IMG/VR virus record: IMGVR_UViG_3300024310_000012
Location: 1-46,712 of that record
DNA: 46,712 nt
Source of the DNA: a virus
Taxonomy: Duplodnaviria; Caudoviricetes
Direction: 5' to 3' (one strand)
Shown one piece after another: positions 27,221 through 36,562 of the stretch. The position numbers and the translations under genes were made by a program. Each line of letters begins with the position of its first letter. Position 1 is the stretch's first letter. The notes beneath the pieces are model-generated. The model was not told the origin of the DNA and did not search any database. It saw only the letters and a list, made by a program, of their open reading frames with translations.

Positions 27221-27556
27221 TCACGTTAGGGTCCAGGGGCCGGCCGAGAGACCGTAAGCGGTGAGCAGGATCACCTGCCCGCTGGTCGCATCAACCGCCA
27301 CCACATCGCCGGGGCGAAGCTCAAGCGGCGCGCTCCGGTTGGGCACGTACAACAGCCCCTCCTTGACGAAGCCGCCGCAGCCGCTGATCTGCGCCACCGG
27401 GTGCGACGAGTTGATGTCGTCGAGGATCAGCGCGTTGATCGCCGCGACATCGGCCGTCGCCGTCGCCATCCCGTTCCAAACCAAGGCGGTAAGGCTGTTG
27501 TTGGCATTCGTGCCAAGCAGTTGCGTTGCCACCTCTAGGGGCTCCCGGTCTGCCAC
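27221..27556 (-). CDS. Small virion (head decoration-like) protein; alternative GTG start 27532
   Basis: GT.A.NSL.A, D.A.I...I.DD, G.LYVPNR..PL.L.PGD.VAVD; near the capsid gene. Confidence 0.65.
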   Translation of the reverse strand: MADREPLEVATQLLGTNANNSLTALVWNGMATATADVAAINALILDDINSSHPVAQISGCGGFVKEGLLYVPNRSAPLELRPGDVVAVDATSGQVILLTAYGLSAGPWTLT

Positions 27557-27852
27557 GCATTGATCTGCGCGAGGATGTCCGAAGTGATGAGCGTCGTCCC
27601 GCTCGCCGCCGCGAAATCGCTGGCGATCGTATCGAGCGCCGTCAGCATGTTCGCCAGCGTGACCGAGCCCGCCGTGCCGGGCACCATCGTCGCATCGTTC
27701 ATGAACAGCATCTGCGCGTTACCGAGCGAACCCGGCCCCGCCAGGGGGCCGACGCCCGGGTTGTTGCCCTGGTTCTGCCCCATCAGCGTCGTGCCGGTGC
27801 CGGAACCGACCTGCATGATGCGGAGTTCGACTTCAATCCTGACTTGAGACAT
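27535..27852 (-). CDS. Small virion protein downstream of the capsid gene
   Basis: AAGGAG SD before ATG 27852; small-residue-rich composition. Confidence 0.7.
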   Translation of the reverse strand: MSQVRIEVELRIMQVGSGTGTTLMGQNQGNNPGVGPLAGPGSLGNAQMLFMNDATMVPGTAGSVTLANMLTALDTIASDFAAASGTTLITSDILAQINAWQTGSP

Positions 27853-27862
27853 ATCGCTCTCC

Positions 27863-29212
27863 TTACGCGAAGACGCCGGTGTTGCTGGCCGCGCACTCGA
27901 TCCGAGCCATCTTGCGCTGGTCGAGGATGGTCCACCCCTCCATAAACTTATAGCCAATCACGCGGAGCTGATCGAGTTGGTCCGCCTTATCAGGCCCGGT
28001 CGGGCGCAGCCATTGCACGTTCTCCAACTTCAGGCAGGCGAAGGCTTCGCGACCGAAGATATAGACGGGGTAGACCGTGACACCGGTTGCCGGGGCGGGA
28101 GGCGGGATCATCGCCGCGCCGAGCCCGGTGATCGTGACGACGGTCGAGGGGGCGATCTCGATGGCCTGACCCTGGAACGATCCCGAGGTCGGCCCCGAGG
28201 TCGTGAGGCCGAGATTGGTCGGGAGCGCGCCCGAGCCGACGCCGACATACACCGCGTAGGTGAAGCCGGGGGTGGAGGGCATCGTCAGCGTAATGCCGCC
28301 GGTCGTGACCGAGACATCGGTCGAGAGTTGATAGATGCGGCTCTCGTAGAATTTCGCGTTGTCCCAGCCCGTGACCTGGACCGTATAGGTGCCGGTGGTC
28401 AGGCTGCCGACGCCGTTCGCGCCGTTGACCTGGGCGACGCCGGTCCACGACGGGGCCATGTTGGTTTCGCAGAACGTGATGCCGCCCCAATAGCCCATCT
28501 GGTTGATGTAGAGGCGATCGACATCGCTGCGCGACCAGGCGTTGACGACGGTCGGGTTGTTGCGCAAATCCTCCAGCGGGAAGATCGAGGCGATGGCGAC
28601 ATAGTGCTCGACGCCCTTGATCGTCTTCTCGCTCTGCCGCGCGGTGTAGTCGATGGAGCGCTGAACCGTCTCGCCGGTCTGCCCGTTCCACTTGTCGGCG
28701 CCGAGGTTCGCGAGGTTCGCGTAGGTCCGGTTGACATCAGTCGGGTTGAGGATGTCGGTCGCCGAGAGCGAGGCCCGCGACCCCACCGCATTCGCGTAAT
28801 TGACCTGCGTCCCCGCGCTCAGGTTGACGAAGCCGTTGCGCTCCTTCAGCTGCGCCAGCTGCATCCCAAGCTGCTTGCCGGCGGCGCGCATTAGATCCTG
28901 CTGGGTCGTGATCGTCGCGACATCGGTGCCGACCCAGCGCCCGGCCCACTGGACGGCGGTGCCGGTGACTTGCGTGAAGTCGAGCGAATCGGGATTGGGC
29001 GGAACCCCCTCAGCGGTCGGGAACCGCGGCAAGTTCATGTAGTTCCAGCGGAACGCCTCCCATTGGACGCCGCGCCCGTGCGGGATCGTCTTCTGGTCCG
29101 CGAACTGGTAGAGGACAAGAAAGCGCTGGGTCTGCTTCAGCGCTTCGTTGGCAATAAGCCTCGTCGTAATGCCGGCATATTGCGAAGACTGGTTCGGGGT
29201 GCTGTTCGCCAT
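27863..29212 (-). CDS. Major capsid protein, N4-gp56-like, with inserted Ig-like domain
   Basis: IP.GRG....FRW, EGV.P.......V.....QW, P...VYIFGREA, DKAD.L.Q.RVIGYK; GGAGG SD. Confidence 0.9.
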   Translation of the reverse strand: MANSTPNQSSQYAGITTRLIANEALKQTQRFLVLYQFADQKTIPHGRGVQWEAFRWNYMNLPRFPTAEGVPPNPDSLDFTQVTGTAVQWAGRWVGTDVATITTQQDLMRAAGKQLGMQLAQLKERNGFVNLSAGTQVNYANAVGSRASLSATDILNPTDVNRTYANLANLGADKWNGQTGETVQRSIDYTARQSEKTIKGVEHYVAIASIFPLEDLRNNPTVVNAWSRSDVDRLYINQMGYWGGITFCETNMAPSWTGVAQVNGANGVGSLTTGTYTVQVTGWDNAKFYESRIYQLSTDVSVTTGGITLTMPSTPGFTYAVYVGVGSGALPTNLGLTTSGPTSGSFQGQAIEIAPSTVVTITGLGAAMIPPPAPATGVTVYPVYIFGREAFACLKLENVQWLRPTGPDKADQLDQLRVIGYKFMEGWTILDQRKMARIECAASNTGVFA

Positions 29213-29253
29213 GCTTCTAGACCTCCGTTACGCGGAGGCTGGCGAGCCCCCGG

Positions 29254-30096
29254 TTACCAAACCTTGATTCCCTTGGCGTCCGCCTCGGCGATGGCGGCCC
29301 AATCCGCCTCGATGCTGTTGGGCGCCGGGCGGCGTCCCTGCGGAGACATGTTGCTGCGCGCGCCGGTCGGCTGAGTCCGCTGCTGGGCAACCCGCGCGGC
29401 TCCGGCCCGCACCTGACCCGGGCGAGCCTTGTTGGCCCGCGCCTCGGCATCACGGCCATAAAGCAAATGGAAGGCTTCTTCGCGCCCGATGACAAAGCCG
29501 ATGCGGCGCTGTTGAGCACGATAATCCTCAACCTTCTCACGATAGGCTTCCCTGGTCGGCGATCTTGCGCACGATGCATCGAATCTCGTTTGATCGGCCA
29601 AATCCTGCTGGTTGAACTGAAGCTGTTGAAGCGCCTGCCCCATCTGGGCCTGGCCGCGCTGCATCAGCCTTTGGTACGCCTCGCTCGGTTGTAGCAACTC
29701 CAGAGATTGATAGAACTCCTGCTCCTGCCTCGCCGCCGCCTGCGGGTCTACCTGCTGCTGTCGCGCCGCCGCGCCAGCCTGATACCCGCGAAGCTCGGCG
29801 ACCTCGCGCTCCAGCGCCGCCGCCTTCGCCTCGGCCTCCTGCCGCGCCCGTCGCTGGGCTCTGATGGTTTCGGAACCACCGCCCGAGCGCCTGGGAGGAG
29901 GAGGCTCGTCGGCTACTTCATCTTCTTGCCCTTCTTCCGGTTCATCGGGTTCTGGCTCGACATCATCGGCGAGCCCTTCCCCACCGGCATCATCGGCTTG
30001 CCCTTCGACTTCATCTTCGGTGGCATCTTGCGGGCCAAGGACTTCCTCCTCGGGTACGTAAAGGGGATCGGCGACTTCGCCGCGAGTGCGTGCCAT
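29254..30096 (-). CDS. Capsid scaffolding protein
   Basis: Acidic N-terminus and coiled coil, directly upstream of the capsid gene; GAGGAG SD. Confidence 0.75.
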   Translation of the reverse strand: MARTRGEVADPLYVPEEEVLGPQDATEDEVEGQADDAGGEGLADDVEPEPDEPEEGQEDEVADEPPPPRRSGGGSETIRAQRRARQEAEAKAAALEREVAELRGYQAGAAARQQQVDPQAAARQEQEFYQSLELLQPSEAYQRLMQRGQAQMGQALQQLQFNQQDLADQTRFDASCARSPTREAYREKVEDYRAQQRRIGFVIGREEAFHLLYGRDAEARANKARPGQVRAGAARVAQQRTQPTGARSNMSPQGRRPAPNSIEADWAAIAEADAKGIKVW

Positions 30097-30160
30097 TCTC
30101 TCTCCTCGGGGTGCGTTCCCCCGCTCGGTGCGGACTGCGATCGCCCGCTCGTGCTGTGCC

Positions 30161-30189
30161 TATATGCACAACATATGGTAGCCGTCAAG
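30161..30189 (-). promoter_or_regulatory. Putative RpoD-type promoter for scaffold/capsid genes
   Basis: CTTGAC-N17-CATATA on the minus strand, close to the alphaproteobacterial CTTGAC-N17-CTATAT consensus. Confidence 0.55.
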
Positions 30190-30197
30190 CGCAACGC

Positions 30198-30533
30198 TCA
30201 ATGTCTGACACCTGACTGTTCAGCCAAGATGCTCTCCGCGACACGCCGGTATCCGCCATCGGGCCATCTTGCCGCACAGAAACGTGCGAGCGCCAACTCA
30301 TCATCGGTATCAAAGATGACTATCGCGCGACGGGAAGCGAGTTCCTCCAATAATGATTCTCGCGTATTTATAGCAAACTCTCGATCTCCTCTGAAACATA
30401 TCTTGTCCGCTCCTTCGGGGGAGGAAGCCAGCAGAAAATACCAGTCATTTCCATTAGAGGCAGGATCCCATACAACCGGCCCTATGGCTACGGTATCAAC
30501 GTCATTCGGGATCAATTCATTGCAAAGGCTCAT
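30198..30533 (-). CDS. Hypothetical inserted (moron-like) protein
   Basis: Abuts the portal stop; visibly AT-richer than its flanks. Confidence 0.6.
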   Translation of the reverse strand: MSLCNELIPNDVDTVAIGPVVWDPASNGNDWYFLLASSPEGADKICFRGDREFAINTRESLLEELASRRAIVIFDTDDELALARFCAARWPDGGYRRVAESILAEQSGVRH

Positions 30534-32744
30534 CTACATCCTCCGCGGCATTGCGACGACGCCGGACTGCATTCCTTGATCGGGATGAGGCAGGCCGGGC
30601 GGGCGTTTCTGAGCGTGCGGCCCGGCCGGCAAAGCGCCCGGTTGCGGGCCACGCTGGCCTCCCGGCCCCGCCGGAGCGCCGCCCCCGGCCTGCGCCTGGG
30701 CCTGCTGCATCGCCGCCATGTTCTTCATCTGCATCGACTGGAGGTGCGCCGCGATGTGTTCCTTGATCGTGCCGTGCGGATCACCCGATTGCTGCATCGC
30801 CGCCGCATGGCTTTGCAGATGCGGCACGTCCTGATCGAGCGGATGGACGTGCATCGCCTGCCCGGTTTCGAGAATCTGGTTCTCCAACTCGGGATCGACG
30901 GTCAAGAGTTCGCGCTGATTGATGAGCACCTGGTTGCCGAGGTAGGCGCCAAAGAGGTTCTGGTTCTGCATGATGACGAGCGGCGCCGGATCGAAGGCAT
31001 AACCGGCCTTGGCGAGCGCGGCCTGCATCGCTGGCTGCATCAGCGCGGCCATCCATGCGGTCCCGGCCTGCGCCATCATCCCCGACATCTTGACCTGTTC
31101 GGCCCCGCGCCAGATGAACGTGTAGCCGGCGCGATTGGTCAGCGGCTCCACCTGCTCCAGCCGCGCCCTAACCCCCATTTCGCCGAATTGGCGGATCGTC
31201 ATTTCGGTGTCTCGGAACTGATAGTCGTAATCGACCATCAGCCCGAGCATCGGCGTCAGGATGCCCTCGACCGGCACCTTGACCCCCTCCGCCGTCGTCA
31301 GGAGATCAACCTGCTGCTCCTGCGCTACCATCGCCTGATTGGGTTTCCCGGCGCGGGTCTGCTGCGGCAGCATCGAGGGATTGACACCTAGCGACTGGAA
31401 TATCGCAGCCAGAGCCATTTGAACCCGCGTTTGAGCCCGGGGTGTGAGGTCCGGGAAGGTGAGCAACGAAATAGCGTCCTTGCCCCCGTCCCAAATCGCC
31501 CCAACACCAAATACGAGCGGTCCATTTGACTTTTCCGGGTCTCGTAAAACGATGGGCGCCGCCGATAGAGTCGCGGCGTCAGCGCCTTCATTAATGGCAT
31601 CGTTGGCCTCGTATTGCAGAGAGTCGACATAGCTGATGAGCGACTTCCCCTTGAAGACTCCTGGAATTTTCTCGATTGGGCACGACAGCAGTGGGCAGCG
31701 GTCATTCCAGTAGGGGTTGCGCTTGGCGCCGAGCTGCGCCCGGTTCGGCCCGAGGAACACCCGGCACAGGCGCGGGCGGCCGTCCTCGTCGAAGCCGCCG
31801 TTCTTGTCGAGCGGCAGGCACGTCCAGACCTCCCAGACCGTCGCCCCGCGTCCCCTCGGATGAATGCCAACCGCCTCGGCCAGCCCCTTCTCGATATCGA
31901 TGTTGTCCTTCGACACCCGATCCATCGAGTCCTTGAGCGCCTTCCCCTCGGACTTTCGGATGCAGCCCTGCGCGATCATCTGGTCGATCTTGGTCTTGTC
32001 CCAATGGCGCACGATCGCAACGCCGCCGCCATACGCGAACGCCTCGTCCAGCGAGTCCACGTTGGCCGGCCAAACCGCAATGTCGCTGTCGTGCAGCACA
32101 TCGAAGACGGGCCGGCCCTCGACGATCAACTCGGGCTCGGTCATGTCCTTAATGTCGTCGCCTGGCGCCTCGACCTCGCCGCCGCCGGGCATCGGCACGC
32201 GCGGCCCATGTGTTTCACGTGAAACAATCTCGCGCTCGAACTCGCCCCAATCGGTATAGAGGTTGTAGTGCCCCTCGATGATCGCGAGCCGGATAAGCGG
32301 CTTCAGCACCTGCGTCTCGAAGCGGGCCTCGCGAAGATAGTGCTCCAGAAGCCCGATCAGCGGCTGCGGCTGCGTCCCGTCCGCCGAGACGATTTCGAGA
32401 TAGCGCCCGGATTGCGGGCACATCTGGTTGGAAAACCGGGTGACAATGGCGTTGACGGCATCGTGAATAATCGGGAAGAATATTTGTGCGATGCCGTTGT
32501 AATACTGATTACTGTTGGCCTGGCAGTTGTAGCAGTCCCAGTAATCCTCGATGTCCGCCGAGCGCTCGTTCTGATCCTCGAACGTCCTTAGAACGTGGTT
32601 GAACAGGTCATCGAGGCGGTCGTGGAGCTTCTTGTTCCGACCGGCGAGGAGGTCGCGGTCGCGGGAGATGGGCAGCGCAACACGCTCCTCCTCGCCGTCC
32701 CCCTCCGGGGAGCTCGGCTCAAGGATCAGACCGGCGTCAGACAT
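30534..32744 (-). CDS. Portal protein
   Basis: 736 aa between terminase and scaffold; F.PIIHDAVNA...RF.NQ, Q..AND..NE..D......PI..DP, C-terminal D....HL..H.....H...H and Gln/Pro tail. Confidence 0.85.
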   Translation of the reverse strand: MSDAGLILEPSSPEGDGEEERVALPISRDRDLLAGRNKKLHDRLDDLFNHVLRTFEDQNERSADIEDYWDCYNCQANSNQYYNGIAQIFFPIIHDAVNAIVTRFSNQMCPQSGRYLEIVSADGTQPQPLIGLLEHYLREARFETQVLKPLIRLAIIEGHYNLYTDWGEFEREIVSRETHGPRVPMPGGGEVEAPGDDIKDMTEPELIVEGRPVFDVLHDSDIAVWPANVDSLDEAFAYGGGVAIVRHWDKTKIDQMIAQGCIRKSEGKALKDSMDRVSKDNIDIEKGLAEAVGIHPRGRGATVWEVWTCLPLDKNGGFDEDGRPRLCRVFLGPNRAQLGAKRNPYWNDRCPLLSCPIEKIPGVFKGKSLISYVDSLQYEANDAINEGADAATLSAAPIVLRDPEKSNGPLVFGVGAIWDGGKDAISLLTFPDLTPRAQTRVQMALAAIFQSLGVNPSMLPQQTRAGKPNQAMVAQEQQVDLLTTAEGVKVPVEGILTPMLGLMVDYDYQFRDTEMTIRQFGEMGVRARLEQVEPLTNRAGYTFIWRGAEQVKMSGMMAQAGTAWMAALMQPAMQAALAKAGYAFDPAPLVIMQNQNLFGAYLGNQVLINQRELLTVDPELENQILETGQAMHVHPLDQDVPHLQSHAAAMQQSGDPHGTIKEHIAAHLQSMQMKNMAAMQQAQAQAGGGAPAGPGGQRGPQPGALPAGPHAQKRPPGLPHPDQGMQSGVVAMPRRM
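32211..32226. promoter_or_regulatory. parS: Perfect chromosomal parS palindrome TGTTTCACGTGAAACA
   Basis: Exact 16/16 match to the widespread bacterial parS consensus, inside the portal CDS (encodes VSRET). Confidence 0.85.
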
Positions 32745-33067
32745 CAGCCGATCGCGTTAATCTGCGAACGCAGATACGCCCTGCTTGGCGCGAACGCGCA
32801 GTCCGGCAGCGCCTCAAGCTCCTCAACCGTCCCCTCCACAAGGTAGACGGCATCTTGGTATTGCGACCATCCGGCAAGGGCAAGCGTCACCGTATGAATA
32901 TCGGCCACCGGAACGAACGCCACTGCTAATCCCTGATAAGGTCCGCGGAATTTAGATGGAATCGCCGCTCGCGCCGTGCCGCTCCGCTCGAAATAAGCGC
33001 CCCACTCATCGGGAACCCCGATGTGCCCGATGAGCGTGTCCTCGGGCGAGACTAGCTTCAGCCTCAT
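32744..33067 (-). CDS. Hypothetical protein (MRLKLVSPED...)
   Basis: ATGA and TGATG coupling on its two sides. Confidence 0.6.
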   Translation of the reverse strand: MRLKLVSPEDTLIGHIGVPDEWGAYFERSGTARAAIPSKFRGPYQGLAVAFVPVADIHTVTLALAGWSQYQDAVYLVEGTVEELEALPDCAFAPSRAYLRSQINAIG

Positions 33068-33315
33068 TTCGGCGGCGCCGTCATTGCCGAGAGCGCGGCC
33101 TTCAGCGGGTCGAGATGCTGCTTGATGAACAGGTGCGCGCCAGGCGTCAGGTTCGCCAGCACCTCCATCGCGACCAGCATCGAGCCGAACATCGAGTGGA
33201 CCGGATCGGCGACCGGCGGGGCCGCGTCGAGCGCGGCGAGGGCGTCGGCTTTCGCTTCGGCCGCTTCGGCAGCGTCGGCCTTGGCAACCTGCGCCGGGGT
33301 CATTGTCTGAGCCAT
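33064..33315 (-). CDS. Hypothetical Ala-rich protein
   Basis: AGGAGG SD. Confidence 0.7.
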   Translation of the reverse strand: MAQTMTPAQVAKADAAEAAEAKADALAALDAAPPVADPVHSMFGSMLVAMEVLANLTPGAHLFIKQHLDPLKAALSAMTAPPK

Positions 33316-33324
33316 GCGAACCTC

Positions 33325-33786
33325 CTATGCCGGGGTGGCGATGATACCGACGCTGGTCAGCGTCTGCGTCGGTACGGCCGCGTTCACGACGGCATCCATC
33401 GTCGCGACAAAGGTCTGCCCGCCGACGATCACCGTCAACTGGATCGTGTCGGAGCCGGCGGCAAGGCCGGTGGCCGTTGCGGTGTTGCCGTCCGCGGCCG
33501 CGATCAAAGCCTGGATCGACGGATCGAGCTGCGACCATGCGGCGGGCGAATCCGGCTTCGGTGTCGCCACCATCGGCTGATCGTTCTGGTCGAGGAACTC
33601 GATGGCAAGGTTCTCGGTTTTCCCAACGTCCAGCGTGTAAGACATGTGGATTCCTCCGTTCGGGATCAGTTGGACGGCGACATCGCCGACCGCCAACCAC
33701 ACCCGTATATGGTGACGATGATGGCGGCGGCGGGGGTGGTGGTGCTTGCCCAGATACTCGGGCAAGACGATGACCACCTTCTTCAC
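33325..33786 (-). CDS. Ig-like (Big-type) beta-sandwich protein; strong internal start 33645, upstream start adds a His/Arg-rich arm
   Basis: GGAGGA SD before 33645; GTGA overlap with the terminase stop at 33786; D..G/PAAWS..DP/DG.TA...G...I.V pattern. Confidence 0.6.
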   Translation of the reverse strand: MKKVVIVLPEYLGKHHHPRRRHHRHHIRVWLAVGDVAVQLIPNGGIHMSYTLDVGKTENLAIEFLDQNDQPMVATPKPDSPAAWSQLDPSIQALIAAADGNTATATGLAAGSDTIQLTVIVGGQTFVATMDAVVNAAVPTQTLTSVGIIATPA

Positions 33787-35888
33787 CGTACCCTCATCGG
33801 CATCGCGCTCGCGTAGCTGCGTCCGGTACGCTCGTCAAGCCTCATGTTTTGCGCGCTATCCTCGTCGTTGTCCACGGTATCGAAGCGCAGGGAGCCGCAA
33901 AACGCCTCCAGCCCCTCCATCAGCACCCGGTAGGGACCTTCCTCGGCGTCGTCCTGCAAGCGACCGCGGACGATGCCGCGCGTGTAGCCCCCGGCCAGCG
34001 CGCGCAGCGTCCACCGCGCGGCGGGGCTGATCTCGACCGCCGGCGCCCCGCGCACGGTGCGCCCGAGAAGGTCTCTTATATAGAGTGAGCCAGCGACCTC
34101 GGTGCCGCCCACCCGTACCTCGTTCGGGATCGCGCGCACCGCCTGCATCAGCCCGACATTCATGTGCCGGTCGGAGTGGTGCTGCGGGACGATCCAAGTC
34201 GGGCGATTTGGGCGTGCAAGCATCCGATCGGGGAGCGGCACCTTAAGCATTTCATCCCAGGGGCGCGGAACGGGCACAGAAACAAATCGGCTGCTGTCAA
34301 CGACCTGGACAACAGCCTGCGCGAGATCAGCGGCACGCTCTGCCGGGCTCCCTTCGTAGACCCAATCGGCGAGGATACGTAGCGTCCCCTCGAATGCTTG
34401 AACCAATACCGCACAGGTCAGTCCTCCGGTCGCGTTGGCGGCGATGGCGAGCGGCTGGCCGGCGGCGATGTCAAGCCCCTCGACGATGTGGGCAACGGGG
34501 TCAAAGCCGTCGTAGATCGGCTTGCCGGGCTGCATCGTCAGCGCGTAGGCCAGGGCGTTCGCCGCGTCGCGGATGCCCGAGGGGAAGCTCAGAAGCTGCG
34601 CCTCCAGCGCCGGGAACTCCTGCGCGAAGATGACCTCGCGGTTGTGGAAATGTGGCTGCAACCCCTCGATGAAGCGGACCTGGCCGCGCCCTTGTGTGCC
34701 CGAGATCGCCGCGATCGGCTTCAACGGTATCAGCGTACCGCGCCTTACCTGCTCGTGCCTTAGAGGCTGAAGTAGAAATTGCTCCAGACCGTCTCGTTCC
34801 ACGCCAAGTTGTACAAGGTCGTATCGTTCGCAGAGATCGAAGCAAAGAGCAACGATCTCGTCGGGGGCCAGAAAGAGGGCGTCACAGGCCCAGACCACGA
34901 GGCGGTTTTTGACCCAGGACCAGATGGCGTATCCGGTGGAAGCCGCGTTGCCGTGGCTGGTTCGGGCGGGGTCGACCATTCCATAGACTGCCTCCCAGGT
35001 TCTGATCCGGTCCTCGTACCGGAACATCTCGCGCTTGAAAACGCGGGCCGCGTCCGAGGTCGCCTCGCACATATATTCCTGCGCGTAAAGGGTCAGGTCG
35101 CCGCGGTAGTCGTGCCGCAAAGCGTCAATCTTCTCAAGACCGAACTTCGCCGGCCACGTCGCGATGCGCTCGCCGTTCTCGCCGATCGACTCGATCGGGA
35201 ACTTGACGACCGGCATCCGATCCTTCTCCAGCCGCTCGGGCAGGCTGTTCGAGCCGCGCCGCGTGCCAAGGAATCGGCCCCACGACAGCAGTGGATCGTC
35301 GAGGCAGGGCTGAAACGTCTGCTTCAGCCAGCGCCAGGTCTGCTCGCGCTCGCTGTCGGTGCGCGTCTCCTCCGGGTCTTCGATGTCGTCGATGATGAAG
35401 GCGTCGGGGCGCCATTGCCGGAACTTCAGCCCCGTGATCGCCTGGTCCCGGCCGAGGGCCTGGATGCAGATGCCCGACGCCAGCACGAGTTTCCCGGCCT
35501 GCTTAATGTCGCCGTTAAGTTGTCCAAACAGCGAATCCTCGGGGTGCTTCGGGTCGAAGGCAAAAAACGGATTGACCGCGATCTCGTTAGCTATCGCATC
35601 GAGGCGGTCGCAGGCGCGCGGGAAGCTGGGACCGATGATGACGAGGTTGTGGAACTCGCGGAATACCGCCTTGATGAGTGCCGTCTCCTCGGTGTAGGTC
35701 GTCTTGCCGACGCCGCGAAACCCCTCGATCGAGAGGCGGGGAACGGGGCTGTTGATCGCCTCGACGAGCTCGCGGTGCGTCTCCGGCGATTCCTCGGGGT
35801 GGCGGTGCTTGAACAGAAAGCGGTGGGCCAGCCAGCGGTCGGCGCGCAGCGTCGCCAAGAGCGCCAGATGCTCGGCTTCCTCGGTCAT
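33783..35888 (-). CDS. terL: Terminase large subunit
   Basis: Walker A GFRGVGKTT, Walker B FIIDDIED, coupling motif FLGT, QEYMCE, nuclease VDPART...TG and RDAANAL. Confidence 0.92.
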   Translation of the reverse strand: MTEEAEHLALLATLRADRWLAHRFLFKHRHPEESPETHRELVEAINSPVPRLSIEGFRGVGKTTYTEETALIKAVFREFHNLVIIGPSFPRACDRLDAIANEIAVNPFFAFDPKHPEDSLFGQLNGDIKQAGKLVLASGICIQALGRDQAITGLKFRQWRPDAFIIDDIEDPEETRTDSEREQTWRWLKQTFQPCLDDPLLSWGRFLGTRRGSNSLPERLEKDRMPVVKFPIESIGENGERIATWPAKFGLEKIDALRHDYRGDLTLYAQEYMCEATSDAARVFKREMFRYEDRIRTWEAVYGMVDPARTSHGNAASTGYAIWSWVKNRLVVWACDALFLAPDEIVALCFDLCERYDLVQLGVERDGLEQFLLQPLRHEQVRRGTLIPLKPIAAISGTQGRGQVRFIEGLQPHFHNREVIFAQEFPALEAQLLSFPSGIRDAANALAYALTMQPGKPIYDGFDPVAHIVEGLDIAAGQPLAIAANATGGLTCAVLVQAFEGTLRILADWVYEGSPAERAADLAQAVVQVVDSSRFVSVPVPRPWDEMLKVPLPDRMLARPNRPTWIVPQHHSDRHMNVGLMQAVRAIPNEVRVGGTEVAGSLYIRDLLGRTVRGAPAVEISPAARWTLRALAGGYTRGIVRGRLQDDAEEGPYRVLMEGLEAFCGSLRFDTVDNDEDSAQNMRLDERTGRSYASAMPMRVR

Positions 35889-35911
35889 TCCTTCAGCGCC
35901 CCCGCGATCAG

Positions 35912-36046
35912 CTAGTCGTCGCCAAAATCCTCGACAAGCTCGAAGTCGCCTGCCTCGATCTGAGCGATCGCCTTATTGACCTGTTCCGCCACTTTGTCCG
36001 GCGGAGCATCCCTGCTGCTGCCGGGAAAGAGCCAAACGATGTCCAT
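35912..36046 (-). CDS. Hypothetical acidic peptide, 44 aa (MDIVWLFPG...)
   Basis: GGAG SD; fills the gap between holin and terL. Confidence 0.5.
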   Translation of the reverse strand: MDIVWLFPGSSRDAPPDKVAEQVNKAIAQIEAGDFELVEDFGDD

Positions 36047-36057
36047 TTCGGGGGCTC

Positions 36058-36456
36058 CTAGCTCGCCGCAGGTTGCGGTCTCGTGTCGAGGGGGACAGCC
36101 GGTGCCTCCAACGCCTCGTCCACCGAGATCCTTGTCGCCACGTTGGGTCGGCCGGCCGGCGTCTCAGTGACCGTTACCGGCACCCCGTGCTGGGCCGAGG
36201 CAACCGCCGATGCGACTTCCGATTTGCGGGCCGCTCGGATCGAGGAGACTTTCTGCCAGGCCGACCAGCCCAGCATCCCCACCGCGACCGCCGCCGTCGC
36301 CACCATCGTCGTCTGGTCGCCCGTCACCGTCGAGGCCCAGGTGAAGCCGACGCCGCTCGCAATCCCAAGAACGCCGCGCACCAGCCCCGCCACAATCGGC
36401 AGATACGGCGACTTCGCCGCCCCCGTCAGCCAGTTCGTCTCAGCCGCGTCAGTCAT
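36058..36456 (-). CDS. Putative holin (Pam3-gp28-like)
   Basis: GLVR..L...SG.G, two TM segments, ..GWS.WQK; GGAGGAG SD. Confidence 0.7.
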   Translation of the reverse strand: MTDAAETNWLTGAAKSPYLPIVAGLVRGVLGIASGVGFTWASTVTGDQTTMVATAAVAVGMLGWSAWQKVSSIRAARKSEVASAVASAQHGVPVTVTETPAGRPNVATRISVDEALEAPAVPLDTRPQPAAS

Positions 36457-36562
36457 CTCTCCTCCATCCCCCGCGACGGGCGGCTCCCCCAAGCCAGCCC
36501 GCCGCGGGGGGCGCCCTGGCAAGCCAGCCTCTCTACTCCGAGAGGGAAATGTATGCAATGCC

